A stretch of 64,000 nucleotides of DNA, taken from assembly GCF_009914755.1 (NCBI RefSeq), contig NC_060938.1; one strand, given 5' to 3'. This document shows positions 14,541-29,410 of this stretch, piece by piece. Each line of letters starts with the position of its first letter. Position 1 is the first letter of the stretch. A program made the translations under genes and the position numbers. The notes below the pieces were generated by a model. The model was not told where the DNA came from, did not search any database, and was given only the letters and a program-made list of their open reading frames with translations. Source of the DNA: the human T2T-CHM13v2.0 reference genome, Homo sapiens.

Positions 14541-15324
14541 GCCTTTACAATCAGCTATCATCTAAATTACTTTTAATGGAAAGGACTCTGACAAGTTCTC
14601 TTAAATATGGTTTCAGATAACTTTGGGGATCATACCATTGGACTAGGAAAATCTTCCAGGACTCTAAAAAGCTGAATGAGGATTTCCAATTGAAATCAAG
14701 CAAAACACAAAAAACTGAATGAGAATTGCTATTTGAAATCAAGCAGAACAAGATTTAGTTACATTGGACTGAACTTATAAAAGAAGGAAAAGATTTTATT
14801 CATGGCCCTTCCATTGGAAACATTGTTGATTCTCTTTATGTTTTGTTTTCCAAAGTCAAGAATTTTTTTTCTTTTCAGCTATTTTTAACTTGCCCTACGT
14901 TAGAAAAACTACATTGTGAACAAAAATTTGAGCGATTTATCTGTCTCTCTCACTGATTTCTCCAGAATTCAGAAGCCATTCGTGAGCATTCCTAAATTAT
15001 GGCAATATAATTATTTGCATAATTTCAATAAGAATCTGTTTTTGGTAACAGGATTCAATTGGAGACACTGTTTGTTTTATCAAGGCTTTAACTCGAACGG
15101 CAGATACAACCAGACCACTTTAAGGAATTGAGCTTGACTTTATAGCACCAATGCAAAGCCCCTTAGAATGACTGGCTTGGTGTCTTGTCTACAAGGGTCC
15201 TTTACAAAGTTGCTGTCCTTGTGGTAAGAAGTAAAGAATGTCATTTTCTGACGGGCCCAGGAACCTCAAGTTATTTGGGGACCTTGAGAAGATAGGACTA
15301 CACCCATTCATAAAAGTATTACAG

Positions 15325-18300
15325 GAGAGCTGGCAAGATGTCTGAATAGGAACAGCTCCGGTCTGCAACACCCAGTGGGATCAACACAGAAGGCAGGTGG
15401 TTCATGCATTTCCAACTGAGCCTCCACTGGTGATACCCAGGCAAACAGGGTCTGGAGTGGACCTCCAGCAAACTCGAGCAAACCTGCAGCAGAGGGACCT
15501 GACTGGTAGAAGGAAAACTAACAAACATAAAGGAATAGTATCAACATCACCAACATCAAAGTCCAAAGGTAGATAAATCCACAAAGATGGGGAGAAACCA
15601 GTGCAAAAAGGCTGAAAACTCCAAAAACCAGAATGCCTCTTCTCCTCCAGAAGATCACAACTCCTCACCAGCAAGAGAACAAAACTGGACAGACAATGAG
15701 TTTGATGGATTGACAGAAGTAGGCTTCAGAAGGCGGGTAATAACAAACTCCTCCAAGCTAAAGGAGCGTGTTCTAACCCAATGCAAGGAAGCTAAGAGCC
15801 TGAAAAAAAAGGTAGGACGAATTGTTAACTAGAATAACCAGTTTAGAGAAGAATATAAATGACCTGATGGAGCTGAAAAACCCAGCACAAGAACTTCATG
15901 AAGCATACACAAGTATCAATAGCTGAATCAATCAAGCAGGAGAAAGAATATCAGAGATTGAAGATCAACTCAATGAAATAAAGCAAGAAGAAAAGATTCG
16001 AGAAAAAAGAGTGAAAGAAATGAACAAAGCCTCCAAGAAATAGAGGAATATGTTAAAACACTGAATCTATGTTTGATTCGTGTACATGAAAGTGACAGAG
16101 AGAATGGAACCAAGTTGGAAAACACTCTCAAGGATATTATCCAGGAGAACTTCCCCAACCTAGCAAGACAGGCCAACATTCAAATTCAGGAAATACAGAG
16201 AACACCACTAAGATATTCCTCAAGAAGAGCAACCCCAAGACACAAAATCATCAGATTCACCAAGGTTGAAATGAAGGAAAAAATATAAAGGGCAGCCAGA
16301 GAGAAAGGTTGAGTTACCCACAAAGGGAAGCCCATCAGACTAACAGTGGATCTCTTGGCAGAAAGCCTACAAGCCAGAAGAGAGTGGGGGCCAATATACA
16401 ACATTCCTAAAGAAAAGAATTTTCAAGCCAGAATTTCATATCCAGGCAAACTAAGCTTCATAATTGAAGTAGAAATAAAATCCTTTACAAGCAAATGCTG
16501 AGAGATATTGTCACCACCAGGCCTGCTTTACAAGAACTCCTGAAGGAAGCACTAAACGTGGAAAGGAACAACTGGTAACAGCCACTGCAAAAACATAACA
16601 AATTATAAAGACCATTGACACTATGAAAAATCTGCATCAACTAATGAGCAAAATAACCAGCTAGTATCATAATGACAGGATCAAATTCATACATAACAAT
16701 ATTAACCTTAAATGTAAATGAGCTAAATGCCCCCAATTGAAAGACACAAACTGGCAAATTGGATAAAGAGTCAAGACTCATCAATGTGCTGTACTCAGGA
16801 GACCAATCTCATACACATAGGCTCAAAATAAAGGGATGGAGGAACATTTACCAAGCAAGTGGAAAGCAACAAAAGGCAGGGGTTGCAATCCTAGTTTCTG
16901 ATAAAACAGATCTTAAGCCAACAGAGATCAAAAGAGACAAAGAAGGGCACTACATAATGGTAAAGGGATCAATGCAACAAGAAGAGCTAACTATCCTAGA
17001 GATATATGCACCCAATACAGGAGCACTCAGATTCATAAAGCAAGTTCTTAAAGACCTACAAAGAGACTTAGACTCCCACACAATAATAGTGGGAGACTTT
17101 AACACTCCACTGTCAATATTAGATCAATGAGACAGAAAATTAACAAGAATATCCAGGACTTGAACTCAGTTCTGGACCAAGTGGACCTAAAAGATATCTA
17201 CAGAACTCTCCATCCCAAATCAATAGAATATACCTTCTTCTCAGCACCACATTGCACTTATTCTAAAATTGACCACATAATTGGAAGTAACACTCTCCTC
17301 AGGAAATGCAAAAGAATGGAAATCATAACAAACAGTCTCTCAGACCACAATGCATTCAAATTAGTATGCAGGATTAAGAAACTCACTCAAAACCTCACAA
17401 CTACATGGAAACTGGGTAACCTGATCCTGAATGACTACTGGGTAAATAAAGAATTGAAGGCAGAAATAAAAATGTTCTTCGAAACCAATGAGAACAAAGA
17501 CACAACGTCCCAGAATCTCTGGGACACATTTAAAGCAGTGTGTAGAGGGAAATTTATAGCACTAAATGTCCACAAGAGAAAGCAGGAAAGATCTAAAATT
17601 GACACCTTAACATGAAAATTAAAAGAACTAGAGAAGCAAGAACAAACAAATTCAAAAGCTAGCAGAAGACAAGACACAAATAAGATCAGAGCAGAATTGA
17701 AGGAGATAGAGACACGAAAAACCCTTCAAAAAATCAATGAATCCAGGAGCTGGTTTTTTGAAAAGATCAACAAATCAGACCACTAGCCAGACTAATAAAG
17801 AAGAAAAGAGAGAAGAATCAAATAGATGCAATAAAACATGATTAAGGGGATATCACCACTGATCCCACAGAAATACATATTATCATCAGAGAATACTACC
17901 AAGACTAAACCAGGAAGAAGTGAAATTCCTGAATAAACCAATAACAAGTTCTGAAATTGAGGCATTAATTATAGCCTACCAACCAAAAAAATTCCAGGAC
18001 CAGATGGATTCACAGCCGAATTCTACTAGAGGTACAAAGAGGAGCTGGTACCATTCCTTCTGAAACTATTCCAAACAATAGAAAAAGAGAGAATCCTCCC
18101 TAATTCATTTTATGAGGTCAGCATCACCTTGATACCAAAACCTCGCAGGGACACAACAAAAAAAGAAAACTTTAGACCAATATCCCTGATGAACATTGAT
18201 GCAGAAATCCTGAATAAAATACTGGAAAACTGAATCCAGCAGCACATCAAAAAGCTTGTCCACCATGATCAAGTTGGCTTCACCCCTGGGATGCAAGGGT

Positions 18301-20617
18301 GGTTCAACATATGCAAATCAATAAATGTAATCCATCACATAAAGGGAACCAATGACAAAAACTGCATGATTATCTCAATAGATGCAGAAAGAGCCTTTGA
18401 CAAAATTCAACAACCTTTCATGCTAAAAACTCTCAATAAACTGGTATTGATGGAAAGTATCTCAAAATAATAAGTGCTATTTATGACAAACCCACAGCCA
18501 GTAACATACTGAATGTGCAAAAACTGGAAGCATTCCCTTTGAAAATCAGCACAAGACAAGGATACCCTCTCTCACTACTCCTATTCAACATAGTATTGGA
18601 AGTTCTGGCCAGGGCAATCAGGCAAGAGAAAGAAATAAAGGGTATTCAATTAGGAAAAGAGGAAGTCAAATGGTCTCTGTTTGCAGATGACATGATTGTA
18701 TATTTAGAAAACCCCATCATCTCAGCCCAAAATCTCCTTAAGCTGATAAGCAACTTCAGCAAAGTTTCAGGATACAAAATCAATGTGCAAAAATCACAAG
18801 CATTCCTATACATCAATAACAGACAAACAGAGAGCCAAGCTGTGAGTGAACTCCCATTCACCATTGCTATAAAAAGAATGAGATACCTAGGAATACAACT
18901 TACAAGGATGTGAAGGACCTCTTCAAGGAGAACTACAAACCACTCCTCAAGGAAATAAGAGAGGACACAAACAAATGGAAAATCATTCCATGCTCATAGA
19001 TAAGAAGAATCAGTATCGTGAAAGTGACCTACTGCCCAAAGTAATTTATAGATTCACTGCTATCCCCATGAAACTGCCATTGACTTTCTCCACGGAATTG
19101 GAAAAATGTACTTTAAATTTCATATGGAATCAAAAAAGAGCCCGAATAGCCAAGACAATCCTAACCAAAAAGAACAAAGCTGGAAGCATCATGCCACCTG
19201 ACTTCAAACTATACTACAAGCTATGGTAACCAAAACAGCATGGTACTGGTACGAAAACAGATATATAGATCAAAGGAACAGAACAGAGGCCTCAGAAATA
19301 GCACCACACATCTACAACCATCTGATCTTTGACAAACCTGAGAAAAACGAGCACTGGGGAAAGGATTCCCTATTTAATAAATGATGTTGGGAAAACTAGC
19401 TAGCCATAGGCAGAAAGCTGAAACTGGATCCCTTCCTTACACCTTATACAAAAATTAACTCAAGATGGGTTAAAGACTTAAACATAAGACCTAAAGCCAT
19501 AAAAACCGTAGAGGAAAACCTAGGCAATACCATTCAGGACATAGGCATGGGCAAAGACTTCATGACTAAAACACCAAAAACAAAGGCAACAAAAGCCAAA
19601 ATTGACAAATGGGACCTAATTAAACTAAAGAGTTTCTGGACAGCAAAAGAAACTATCAGAGTGAACGGGCAACCTACAAAATGGGAGAAAATTTTTGCAG
19701 TCTATCCATCTGACAAAGGGCTAATATCCAGAATCTACAAAGAACTTAAACAAATTTGCAAGATAAAACAACCCCATTGAAAAGTGGGCAAAGGATGTGA
19801 ACAGACACTTCTCAAAAGAGGACAATTATGCAACCAACAAACTTATAAAAAAGCTCATCATCACTAGTCATTAGAGAAATGCAAATCAAAACCACAATGA
19901 GATACCATCTCATGCCAGTTAGAATGGCGAAAATTAAAAAGTCAGGAAACAACAAATACTGGAGAGAGTGTGGAGAAATAGGAAGGCTTTTACACTGTTG
20001 GTGGGAGTGTAAATTAGTTCAACCATTGTGGAAGACAGTGTGGCTATTCCTCAAGGATCTAGAACTAGAAATACCGTTTGGCCCAGCAATCCCATTACTG
20101 GGTATATACCCAAAGGATTATAAATCATTCTACTATAAAGACACATGCACATGTATGTTTATTGCAGGACTGTTCACAATAACAAAGACTTGAAACCAAC
20201 CCAAATGCCCATCAATGATAGATTGAATAAAGAAAATGTGGCACATATACACCATGGAATACTATGCAGCCATAAAAAACGATGAGTTCATGTCCTTTGC
20301 AGGGACATGGAAGAAGCTGGAAACCATCATTCTCAGCAAACTAACACAAGAACAGAAAACCAAACACCACATGTTCTCACTCATAAGTGGGAGTTGAACA
20401 ATGAGAACACATGGACACAGGGAGGGGAACATCACACACTGGGGCCTGTTGGGGGGTGGGGGCAGGGAGAGGGATAGCATTAGGAGAAATGCCTAATATA
20501 GGTGATGGGTTGATGGGTGCAGCAAACCACTGCAGAATATATATACCTATGTAACAAACCTGCACGTTCTGCACATGTACCCCAGAACTTAAAGTATAAT
20601 TCTAAAAAGTAGGTTAA
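15325..20617 (+). mobile_element. Near full-length L1PA7/8-like LINE-1 with spliced 5'UTR; ORF1 and ORF2 disrupted
   Basis: 5' GCTGGCAAGATG..GAATAGGAACAGCTCCGGTCTGCA; ORF1 ATG 15587 (MGRNQCKK); ORF2 ATG ~16672; RT FADDM; 3' CTGCACATGTACCCCAGAACTTAAAGTATAAT; TSD AAAAGTATTACAG (15312-15324) / AAAATTATTACAG (20618-20630). Confidence 0.97.
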
Positions 20618-21439
20618 AAAATTATTACAGACACAGTCTGATGCAAATCTTTGACTTGGCTAGCTTCAAGGCTCTTAAAAGATTCCTTATTAAAAATTTC
20701 CAACAAGGCCAATTTTAAGAAGCCTATATGGCCAATAAATATTCTTGCTGCCCTTTATGGAAATAATCAGGCCCGGTATGATAAGACTAAAACTTATTTT
20801 GCATACAAAATTGGTCCTACTATGATTTGTCTTTGATAAAATGATGGACTAGAGAGAAAATTTATGTTCCAAAAGAAAACTATGACATATGCTATTAGAT
20901 TCCAACCCTGATCATTGTTTTAGAGTTTTTATTATTTGCCTATAATTTGGGCTGAATCCTGAATTATTTCCTGGCTCCAAGTGTTCCCTAGTGAATCTGA
21001 ATATAATATATTTTTTAAAACTTGTTTTATCCTGTCAGGAATGAGATGTATTTTTGAAGGACTACTTAAACTAGCAATTACAATTCGATTATTATGATTA
21101 TAGAATCTCGGGATTTCTCTTCCTTCTTGTCAAGGTCTTTACCTGATGTTTGTCTCATTAAAAAAAAAATGAGACTGATTACACTCTACTCAAGACTGAA
21201 GACATGTACTTTAACCTGTCTCTGTTACCAGTAAACCAAAGCCTTAACTTTCAGAGTCTGTCAGGGACCCTGTGTGGTCCCTGGATCAACCACCCATGGG
21301 CTTATGAATGTGTTGACCGCTGGCATATGAGAAGTAATTGTCTATTAGTTTATGTGACTTTTCCTCTTTCTATTTATAACTCCAATGTTTCTGAACACTG
21401 AAGTAGTTCATCGAAATTACTTTACAGGATTAGACAAAC

Positions 21440-21750
21440 CATACCTGCAAACCAAGGAGGTGAATTTTGGCCAATGTTTGGCAGAAGTCACTTGCAATGG
21501 TGGGGAGTAACCTCTCATGAACGTATAATTAGAAATCTGTCAACCACTCTAGGTAAATTAGCGAATGAACTAGCTGAAGCCATAGCTACCAAACAAAGAT
21601 CTTTAGACGCTTTAGCCAGGATAGTCATCGATGACGGAATAACTTTAGGCTGCATAGTGGTGAAACAGGGAGAAACTTATATGGCAGCTAGCTAACACAT
21701 CATGTTGTGTTTAGATCCATACATCTTCTGAAGTTGAAACACATGTAAAA
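21440..21750 (+). pseudogene. env: Gammaretroviral-type env TM remnant
   Basis: IIRNLS heptad region, QRSLDALARIVIDDGITL...QG (degenerate immunosuppressive domain), then a SCC remnant of CX6CC after a frameshift. Confidence 0.75.
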
Positions 21751-21784
21751 AAATAAGACGATATGAGAATTAATTATGACAAAT

Positions 21785-22320
21785 CCTAGGGAAGAGGCTG
21801 AAAGAGCTGTAACACAAACAGGGCTGAGTCATGCCCCTTGCTTCCCACATTGTGGGCAAAGAGAAGGAAACAAGAGCTGTGACCCTTTGGGAAGCCCAGA
21901 CCTGGGAGCTCCCCGAGCCAGGGCTGTGATTCCCTCTTTGGGGCCCTGTGGTTCCTGGTATCTCCAAGCTTCCGGGTGCCACTGTGTTCCCAGTGTGCCA
22001 GCTGCGGAAGCTGCTTGCGGTGCCCGTGGTCCAGCCACAGACTTGTGGAGAGCTGGCACCCATGTTGGCACCTGGAGCTACCTGCCCCACTGCAGCAGCC
22101 AGGAAGTCTGACTGCACAGTGGCCAGACCCCATGCTTGCTCACACACCCCTTGCCACTCCACGCAGTCTCCCTTGGCAAACATGGGATCCAACCTGGTAG
22201 CATGAGCTGAGCACAGCCTGCCAGGCTGAGTGGGCGGGGCCCAAGCAAAACTCAGGTAAAGGTGCCACCAGCCATAGAGGTTTCTGTCCAGAAAAGTGAC
22301 ACTCCAAAGATCCCGTAACA
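21785..22320 (+). mobile_element. MER52 LTR, 3' part
   Basis: GAGCTGTAACACAAACAGGGCTG...GATCCCGTAACA; homologous to the reverse complement of 38528-39060. Confidence 0.8.
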
Positions 22321-22984
22321 CCGCTACTCTTCCCAGCCTCTGGAAACTCTCAGTCTACTCTCCATCTTGATGAGTTCAATTGTTTTAATTTTTAGCTCCC
22401 ACAAATGTGTGAGAACATGCAAAGTCTTTCTGTGCCTGGCTCATTGTACTTAACATAATGTTCCCTAGTTCCATCCACGTTGTTGCAAGTGACAGAATCT
22501 TATTCTTTTTCATGGCTGAAGAGTACTCCATTGTGTACATGTACTACATTTTCTTTATCCCTTCATCTGTTGATGCACACTTAGGTTGCTTCCAAATCTT
22601 GGCTATTATGAATAGTGCTGAAATAAATATGGGAATGCAGATATCTCGTTCATATACTAATTTTCCCTCCCTTGGGTATATACCCAGCAGTGGGATTGCT
22701 GTATCATATGATAGTTCTATTTTTAATTTTTTGAGGGACCTCCATATTGTTCTCCATAGTGAATGTACTAATTTACATTCCCACCAACAGAGTAAGAGGG
22801 CTCTCTTTTCCCTACATTCTTGCAAGCATTTGTTATTGCCTGTCTTTTGCATAAAAGCCATTTTAATGGGGGTAAGATGATATCTTATTGTAGTTTTGAT
22901 TTGAATTTCTCTGATGATCAGTGATATTGAGCATCTTTTCATATACCTATTTGACATTTATATATCTTCTTTTTTGTTTTTGCT

Positions 22985-23260
22985 CATTTTTTGAGACAGT
23001 GTCTCACTCTGTCACCCAGGCTGGAGTGCAGTGGTATAATGATGGCTTACTGTAGTTATGACTACCAGGGTTCAAGCAATCCTCCCACCTCAGCCTCCTG
23101 AGTAGCTGGGACCACAGGCATGCATCACCATGCCCAGGTAGGTTTTAAAATTATTTGCTATGTTTTTCAGGTTGGTCTTGAACTCCTGGGCTCAAGTGGT
23201 CCAACTGTCTTGGCTCCCCAAAATGCTGGAATTACAGGTGTGAGCCACTGCACCTGACCT
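22985..23260 (-). mobile_element. AluJ
   Basis: Antisense Alu. Confidence 0.9.
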
Positions 23261-23686
23261 GCATGCCTTCTTTTGAGAAATGTCTGTTCAGATTTTTTGC
23301 CCATTTAAATAATTGGATTATTAGTTTTTTTCTTATAGAGTTGTTTGAACTCCTTATATATTCTGGTTATTAATCCCTTGTCAGATATATAGTTTGCAAA
23401 TATTTTCTTCCATTCTGTGGATTGTCTTTTCACTTTGTCCATTGTTTTCTTTACTATGCAGAAACTTTTGAACTTCATGTGATACCATTTGTTCATTTTT
23501 GCTTTGGTTGCCTGAGCTTTTGGAGTAATTACTCAAGAAATCTGTGCCCAGACCAATTTCCTGGAGAGTTTCCCTAATGTTTTCTTTCAGTAGTTTCTTG
23601 TCCTTGATTTAAGTCTTTAACCCATTTGGATTGGATTTTTGTATATAGCACAAGAGAGAGTTCTAGTTTAATTATTCTGCCAATGA

Positions 23687-23944
23687 CTTTGGGAGGCTGA
23701 GGTGGGCAGATCATGAGGGCAGGATATCAAGAACATCCTGGCTAACACGGTGAAACTCCGTCTCTACTAAAAATACAAAAAAAAAATAGCTGGGCATGGT
23801 GGGGGCACTTGTACTCCCAGCTACTTGGGAGGCTGAGGAGGAGAATGGTGTGAACCCGGGAGGTGGAACTTGCAGTGAGCCCAGATCGTGCCACTGCACT
23901 GCAGCCAGAGCAACAGAGTTAGACTCCATCTCAAAAAAAAAAAA
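23687..23944 (+). mobile_element. 5'-truncated AluY-like
   Basis: TSD ATTCTGCCAATGA on both sides. Confidence 0.95.
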
Positions 23945-25229
23945 ATTCTGCCAATGAATATCTAGTTTTCCCAGCACAATTTGGTGAAGAGACTGTCCTC
24001 TCCCCCATGTATATTCTTGGCACCTTCATTGAAAATGAGTTAGTTGTAAATGTAAGGATTTATTTCTGGGTTCTCTATTCTGTTCCATTGGTCTATGTGT
24101 CTGTTTTATGCCAGTATCATGCTGTTTAGCTTACAATTGCTCTGTAGTATAATTTAACGTCAGGTGATGTGATTCTTCCAGTTTTGTTCTTTTTGCTATG
24201 GATGGCTTTGGGTATTCTGGGTCTTTTATGATTTCATATAAATTTTAGGATTTTTTTTCTGTTTCTGTGAAGAATGTTATTAGTATTTCAATAGGGATTG
24301 CATTGGGTCTGTAGATTGCTTTGTGAAGTATGTGTATTTTAACAATATTTACTCTTCCAATCAATGAACATGGACTATCTTTCAATTTTTTTTTTTTTTT
24401 TTGGTGTCTTCTTTAATTTTTTTGCATTGGTGTTCTATAGTTTTCATCGTAGAGATCTTTCACTTCTTTTGTTACATTTATTCCTAGATATTTTATTTTA
24501 TTTGTAGCTATTGTAAATGGGATTACGTTCTTGATTTTCTTCTTTAGATTGTTCAGTTTTGGCATTTAGAAATGTTACTGATTTTTGCATTTTGATTTTG
24601 TATCGTGTGACTCTGAATTTGTTGATCAGTTCTGATAGTTTTTTGGTGGAGTTCTTAGGTTTTTCCAAATATAAGATCAAATCACCTGCAAACAAGAAAA
24701 CAATAATAATTTTACTTCTTTCAATTTGGATGCCCTTTACCGTTTTTCAATTTTCTTGATTGCTCTAGCTAGGACTTCCAGTACTATGTTGAGTAACATT
24801 GTTGGAAGTGGACATTCTTGCCTTGTTCCAGATCTTAGAAGAAAGGCTTTCAGGTTATCTCTGTTCAGAATGATACTGGCTGAGGGTTTGTTGCATATGG
24901 TTTTTATTGTGTTGTGGTATGTTCCTTCTAAATCTAGTTTTTTTGGGGGTTTCTTTTTATCACAGGGAAGTTGGATTTTATTAAATGCTTTTCAGCATCA
25001 ATTGAAATTACCATATGTTTTTTGTCCTTCATTCTGTTGATATGATGTGTCACATTGATTGATTTGCATATGTTGAACCATGTTGGCATCCTTGGGATGA
25101 ATCCCACTTAGACACGATGAATGGTCTTTTTCATAGAATGATTTTGGAAATATTACAGACTTCTCTGTTTTTTGGAATAGTTTGAGTAGGATTGATAGTA
25201 ATTCTTCCTTCAGTGTTTGGTAAAATTAA

Positions 25230-25646
<417 letters not shown>

Positions 25647-26069
25647 CATTACTTGCAGGCTTTTCAATTTATTGGAATATAGTTGGTCATAATAGTTTCT
25701 AATGATTACTTGAATTTCTGCAGTATCAGTTGCAGTGTGTCCTTTTTAATCTCTGGTTTTATGTATTTGAGTCTTCTCTCTTTTTTCTTAGTCTGGCTAA
25801 ATGTTTGTTGATTTTGTTGATCTTTTAAAAAAATATTAACTTTTCATTTCATTGATATTTTATATTTTTAAATTTCAATTTCATTTATTTCTGCTCTGAT
25901 CGTTGTTATGTTTCCTTCTACTAATTTTGGTTTTGGTTTGCTCTTGCTTTTCTAACTATTTAAGATGCATTATTAGGTTGTTTATTTGAAGTTTTTCTAC
26001 TTTCTTTGATGTAGGTGCTTTTTGCTATAAACTTACTCCTTAGTACTGTTTTTACTGTATCCCATAGGT

Positions 26070-26386
26070 TTGTTTTTTGTTTTTTTGTTTTTGTTTATTT
26101 TTGGAGACAGACTCTCTCTCTGTTGCCCAGGCTGGAGTGCAGTGGTGCAATCTTGGCTTACTACAAGCTCTGCCTTCTGGGTTCATGCCATTCTCCTGCC
26201 TCAGCCGAGTAGCTGGGACTACAGGTGCCCACCACCATGCCCAGCTAATTTTTGGTTTTTGTATTTTTAGTAGAGACGGGGTTTCACCGTGTTAGCCAGG
26301 ATGGTCTCCATCTCCTGACCTTGTGATCCACCCAACTCGGCCTCCCAAAGTGCTGGGATTACAGGCATGAGCCACTGCGCCTGGCC
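26070..26386 (-). mobile_element. AluY/Sc-like
   Basis: TSD TGTATCCCATAGGTTT on both sides. Confidence 0.95.
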
Positions 26387-26519
26387 TGTATCCCATAGGT
26401 TTTGGTTTGACTTTAAAGTTTTTCTCTTCTCAAAAACTCAGTGTCATGTTACTGGCTTCTAGAGCTTTGGGCAGTGAGACCCTTTTACTTGATAACAGTG
26501 GTAGCTGGGACAACTTGGC

Positions 26520-26830
26520 AATGTAAATAAATAAACGGCATCTAGATTGGAAAGGAAGAAGTACAGTTATCTTTATGTACAGATGACATGATCTTGCATT
26601 TAGAAAATCATAAGAAATTTACTAAAAAGTGTTAGGACTCATGAACAAATTTTGGAATGTAACACTATATAAGATTGGTATACAAAAATAACTGTATTTC
26701 TTTACCAAGAAATCAAGAATCCAAAAATGGGATTACAAAAATAAATCTTGTTACAATATAATTAAAGCTGGGGTAACTTTAACATAAGAAGCTTAAACTT
26801 GAACACTAAAAACTACAATGCATGGTTAGT
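26520..26830 (+). mobile_element. Old L1M ORF2 fragment
   Basis: ATTGGAAAGGAAGAAGTA...CAGATGACATGATC RT region. Confidence 0.8.
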
Positions 26831-27336
26831 GTTGGAAACACCCAGGTACCATCCCTGAGCCTTCTCTCCTTGGCTCTGAGGACTTTACCTTCACGGGGTG
26901 AGGAAAGGGTTTGCATTCTTGGCTTTTACGTTATAGTAGGTGGGTTCGGGGTGAGGTATCTGCAAGTCAAATGAGTATTACAATCTCTACTTTTATGTAT
27001 AGGAGACTGGGGCCCACAAAGAGAGGGAATGACAATCCATATCCTGGAAGGCGAATTGTCAGGCACTGATTTCCCCTATGTAAACCCTGCCAATCATCGT
27101 GTATTTAAAGGATCCCCGGATACCTTACCAATAGGTGTTCAAGAGAGAGGACTGTAATCTAGGTGTCTGAGAAAGCAAGGCTAGAGATTCCAATATTGGA
27201 GACAACAGGGCTCTGGGAAGATTAAGGTTGAGTTTTCTGGATCTGCAGAATAGAGTCACTGAGGAGCAATTGCAAGTTCAGAGGAGATGAAAGAACAAGT
27301 CAGGGCATGCTTAGGAAAAGAGAAAACCAGGGATAG

Positions 27337-27740
27337 ATTTTAGGCAAGAGTCACACTGAGGAAGGGCAGGTTCTTGGCGTCGCTCAGGAAGGAATCCAAA
27401 AGCAAGCCTGTGGTGGAATAAAGCAGCTCTATGGAGGCATTGGCGGTGTTACAGCCCTGCGTCCGCTCCTGCAGGGCAGGGAGCCCTCTGTGGGTTGTGC
27501 TCCCAGAGTAGCAGCCTAAGGGTGGCTTGTAGTCATTTTTATAATTCACTTTTAATGACATGCTAATTAAGGGGCGGGTTACTCAGAAATAGCTAGAAAT
27601 GGGCAGTAACTTCCAGCTGTTTCCATGGCAAGGGGTGGGGACTTCCTGTGTTGCCATGGCACTGGCAAACTGTCATGGCGCTGGTGGGAGCATCTTCTGG
27701 TTATCTGAGGCGTGAAGTGCTTTCGCTGCCTCTCCCAGTT
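27337..27740 (-). mobile_element. MER4-group LTR, subfamily uncertain
   Basis: GGTTCTTGGC..CAGGAAGGAATCCAA..GCC.GTGG and repeated TTGCCATGGCA motifs. Confidence 0.55.
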
Positions 27741-28322
27741 TCCTCTGTGCCTCTTACCTGAAAGCCCTTCACACCCCCATCTACCCACCTACAAAGTTCA
27801 CTGCCCTTTCACCCCACACCCGTTTCACACGCACTCCCACATCAACCCCAAGCATTCAAGCTGGCAATTTCCCTGTTAGGAACCTCGGTGGTAGCCGGAG
27901 CTCTGAAAAACCCCTAGGCAGAACTCCTTGCCTAGTTTGTGGCAGAAATCAGGGAAGGAAAGGCAAAGTTCAGGTATTTCGCACAATAAATAAATAAAGA
28001 TAGGTAGATTTGACTGATGGATGGATGGATGAAACGTGGGAGTTTATGGGCAAATGTTCATCAGACACTGGAAGTGTAAGTTGTCACAAAGATTATGGAG
28101 TGCACTTGTCTTATGACCCTGTTATTTTATCCTAGTATATACACTAGAGCAATTTTTTCTAACTGTGTAAATTGAAAGCTCACAAATTAGCTTCGTGAGA
28201 GAAAAGATAACAGATTGGAAGAGAATTACCATATTCATTAGTTGTGTTTTTAAAAATTTAAAGTAAAATAGAGACATGATTTTTTTCATGCTTTCGAATG
28301 CATCTATAAAAAATAGACTTGA

Positions 28323-28621
<299 letters not shown>

Positions 28622-28809
28622 TCATTAACAGCATAGACCAATTGGTTTCTATTGGAATTTCTCCATTATTTTCACAATGTCCCAGGCTGTGAATCCAGGA
28701 TTTAATAACGAACCAGAATGCCACATCTGTGTCACGTGGGTAGGGACCAGTCCTGATCCATTAAGTCCGGGTCTCCAGGTAACTGGACTCACTGCTGGGC
28801 AAAACAGAA

Positions 28810-29410
28810 TGTCCGGCGTGCGTTCCTAACGGGGGACCGCAGAGCCTCATAGGAAATGTAGTGTCACCTTCCAATGATGTTTACCATCAAGGACCTTGGG
28901 AACCAGGTTTTCTCTCTACGCATGTGCCACCCCGCCCACTTCGCCATTTTCCTCCGGAAGTGCGGATCCCAGCGGTGGTCGTGTAGCTGAGCAGGCCTGG
29001 GGCTTGGTTCTATGTCCCTGTGGGTAGGTGCGAGGGCGAGGAGGAACCTGTGGGCCTCGGGGGATCCCGGGGGGCCAGACCAGTGTTCCCCATTTGTGGG
29101 GGCAGACGCGTGGGCGCATCGCGGGCAGGAGGGGCCTGACGTGCATTTGCGGGCCGTGGACCCTGGCGGGGGCTGGGAGGACAGACGTGGGGTCCCAGCA
29201 GTGAAGCGGGTTCCAGAGGCACAGGAGTGGGTAGGCGAGGCTGGTGGCCCTGGGCCCGGAGTCTGCAGGCCGCGCTCCTGTCCTGCCGCTGAGGGACCCG
29301 GTTACCAACCCTCATGTAGCTCAGTTTGCCCATCTGTCCCCGTGCTAACACACAGTTCTCGGGAGACGTTCCCCATTCCCAGAGGAGTAGTGCGAAATGC
29401 GTGTGCCTCT
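28810..29410 (+). promoter_or_regulatory. CpG-island promoter with GC box, YY1 and ETS motifs
   Basis: CpG-rich non-repeat block; CCCCGCCC 28930-28937, CGCCATTTT 28942-28950, CCGGAAGTG 28954-28962. Confidence 0.8.
28960..29023 (+). ncRNA. Putative first exon of a spliced lncRNA (start approximate)
   Basis: Directly downstream of the YY1/ETS core; donor TGG|GTAGGT. Confidence 0.6.

Noticed and set aside
15587-20400. L1 ORF1/ORF2 as functional CDS
   Set aside because: Many stops and frameshifts plus a deletion near 17898; inactive
21785-22320. Inverted similarity to 38528-39060
   Set aside because: Explained by two independent, diverged MER52 copies
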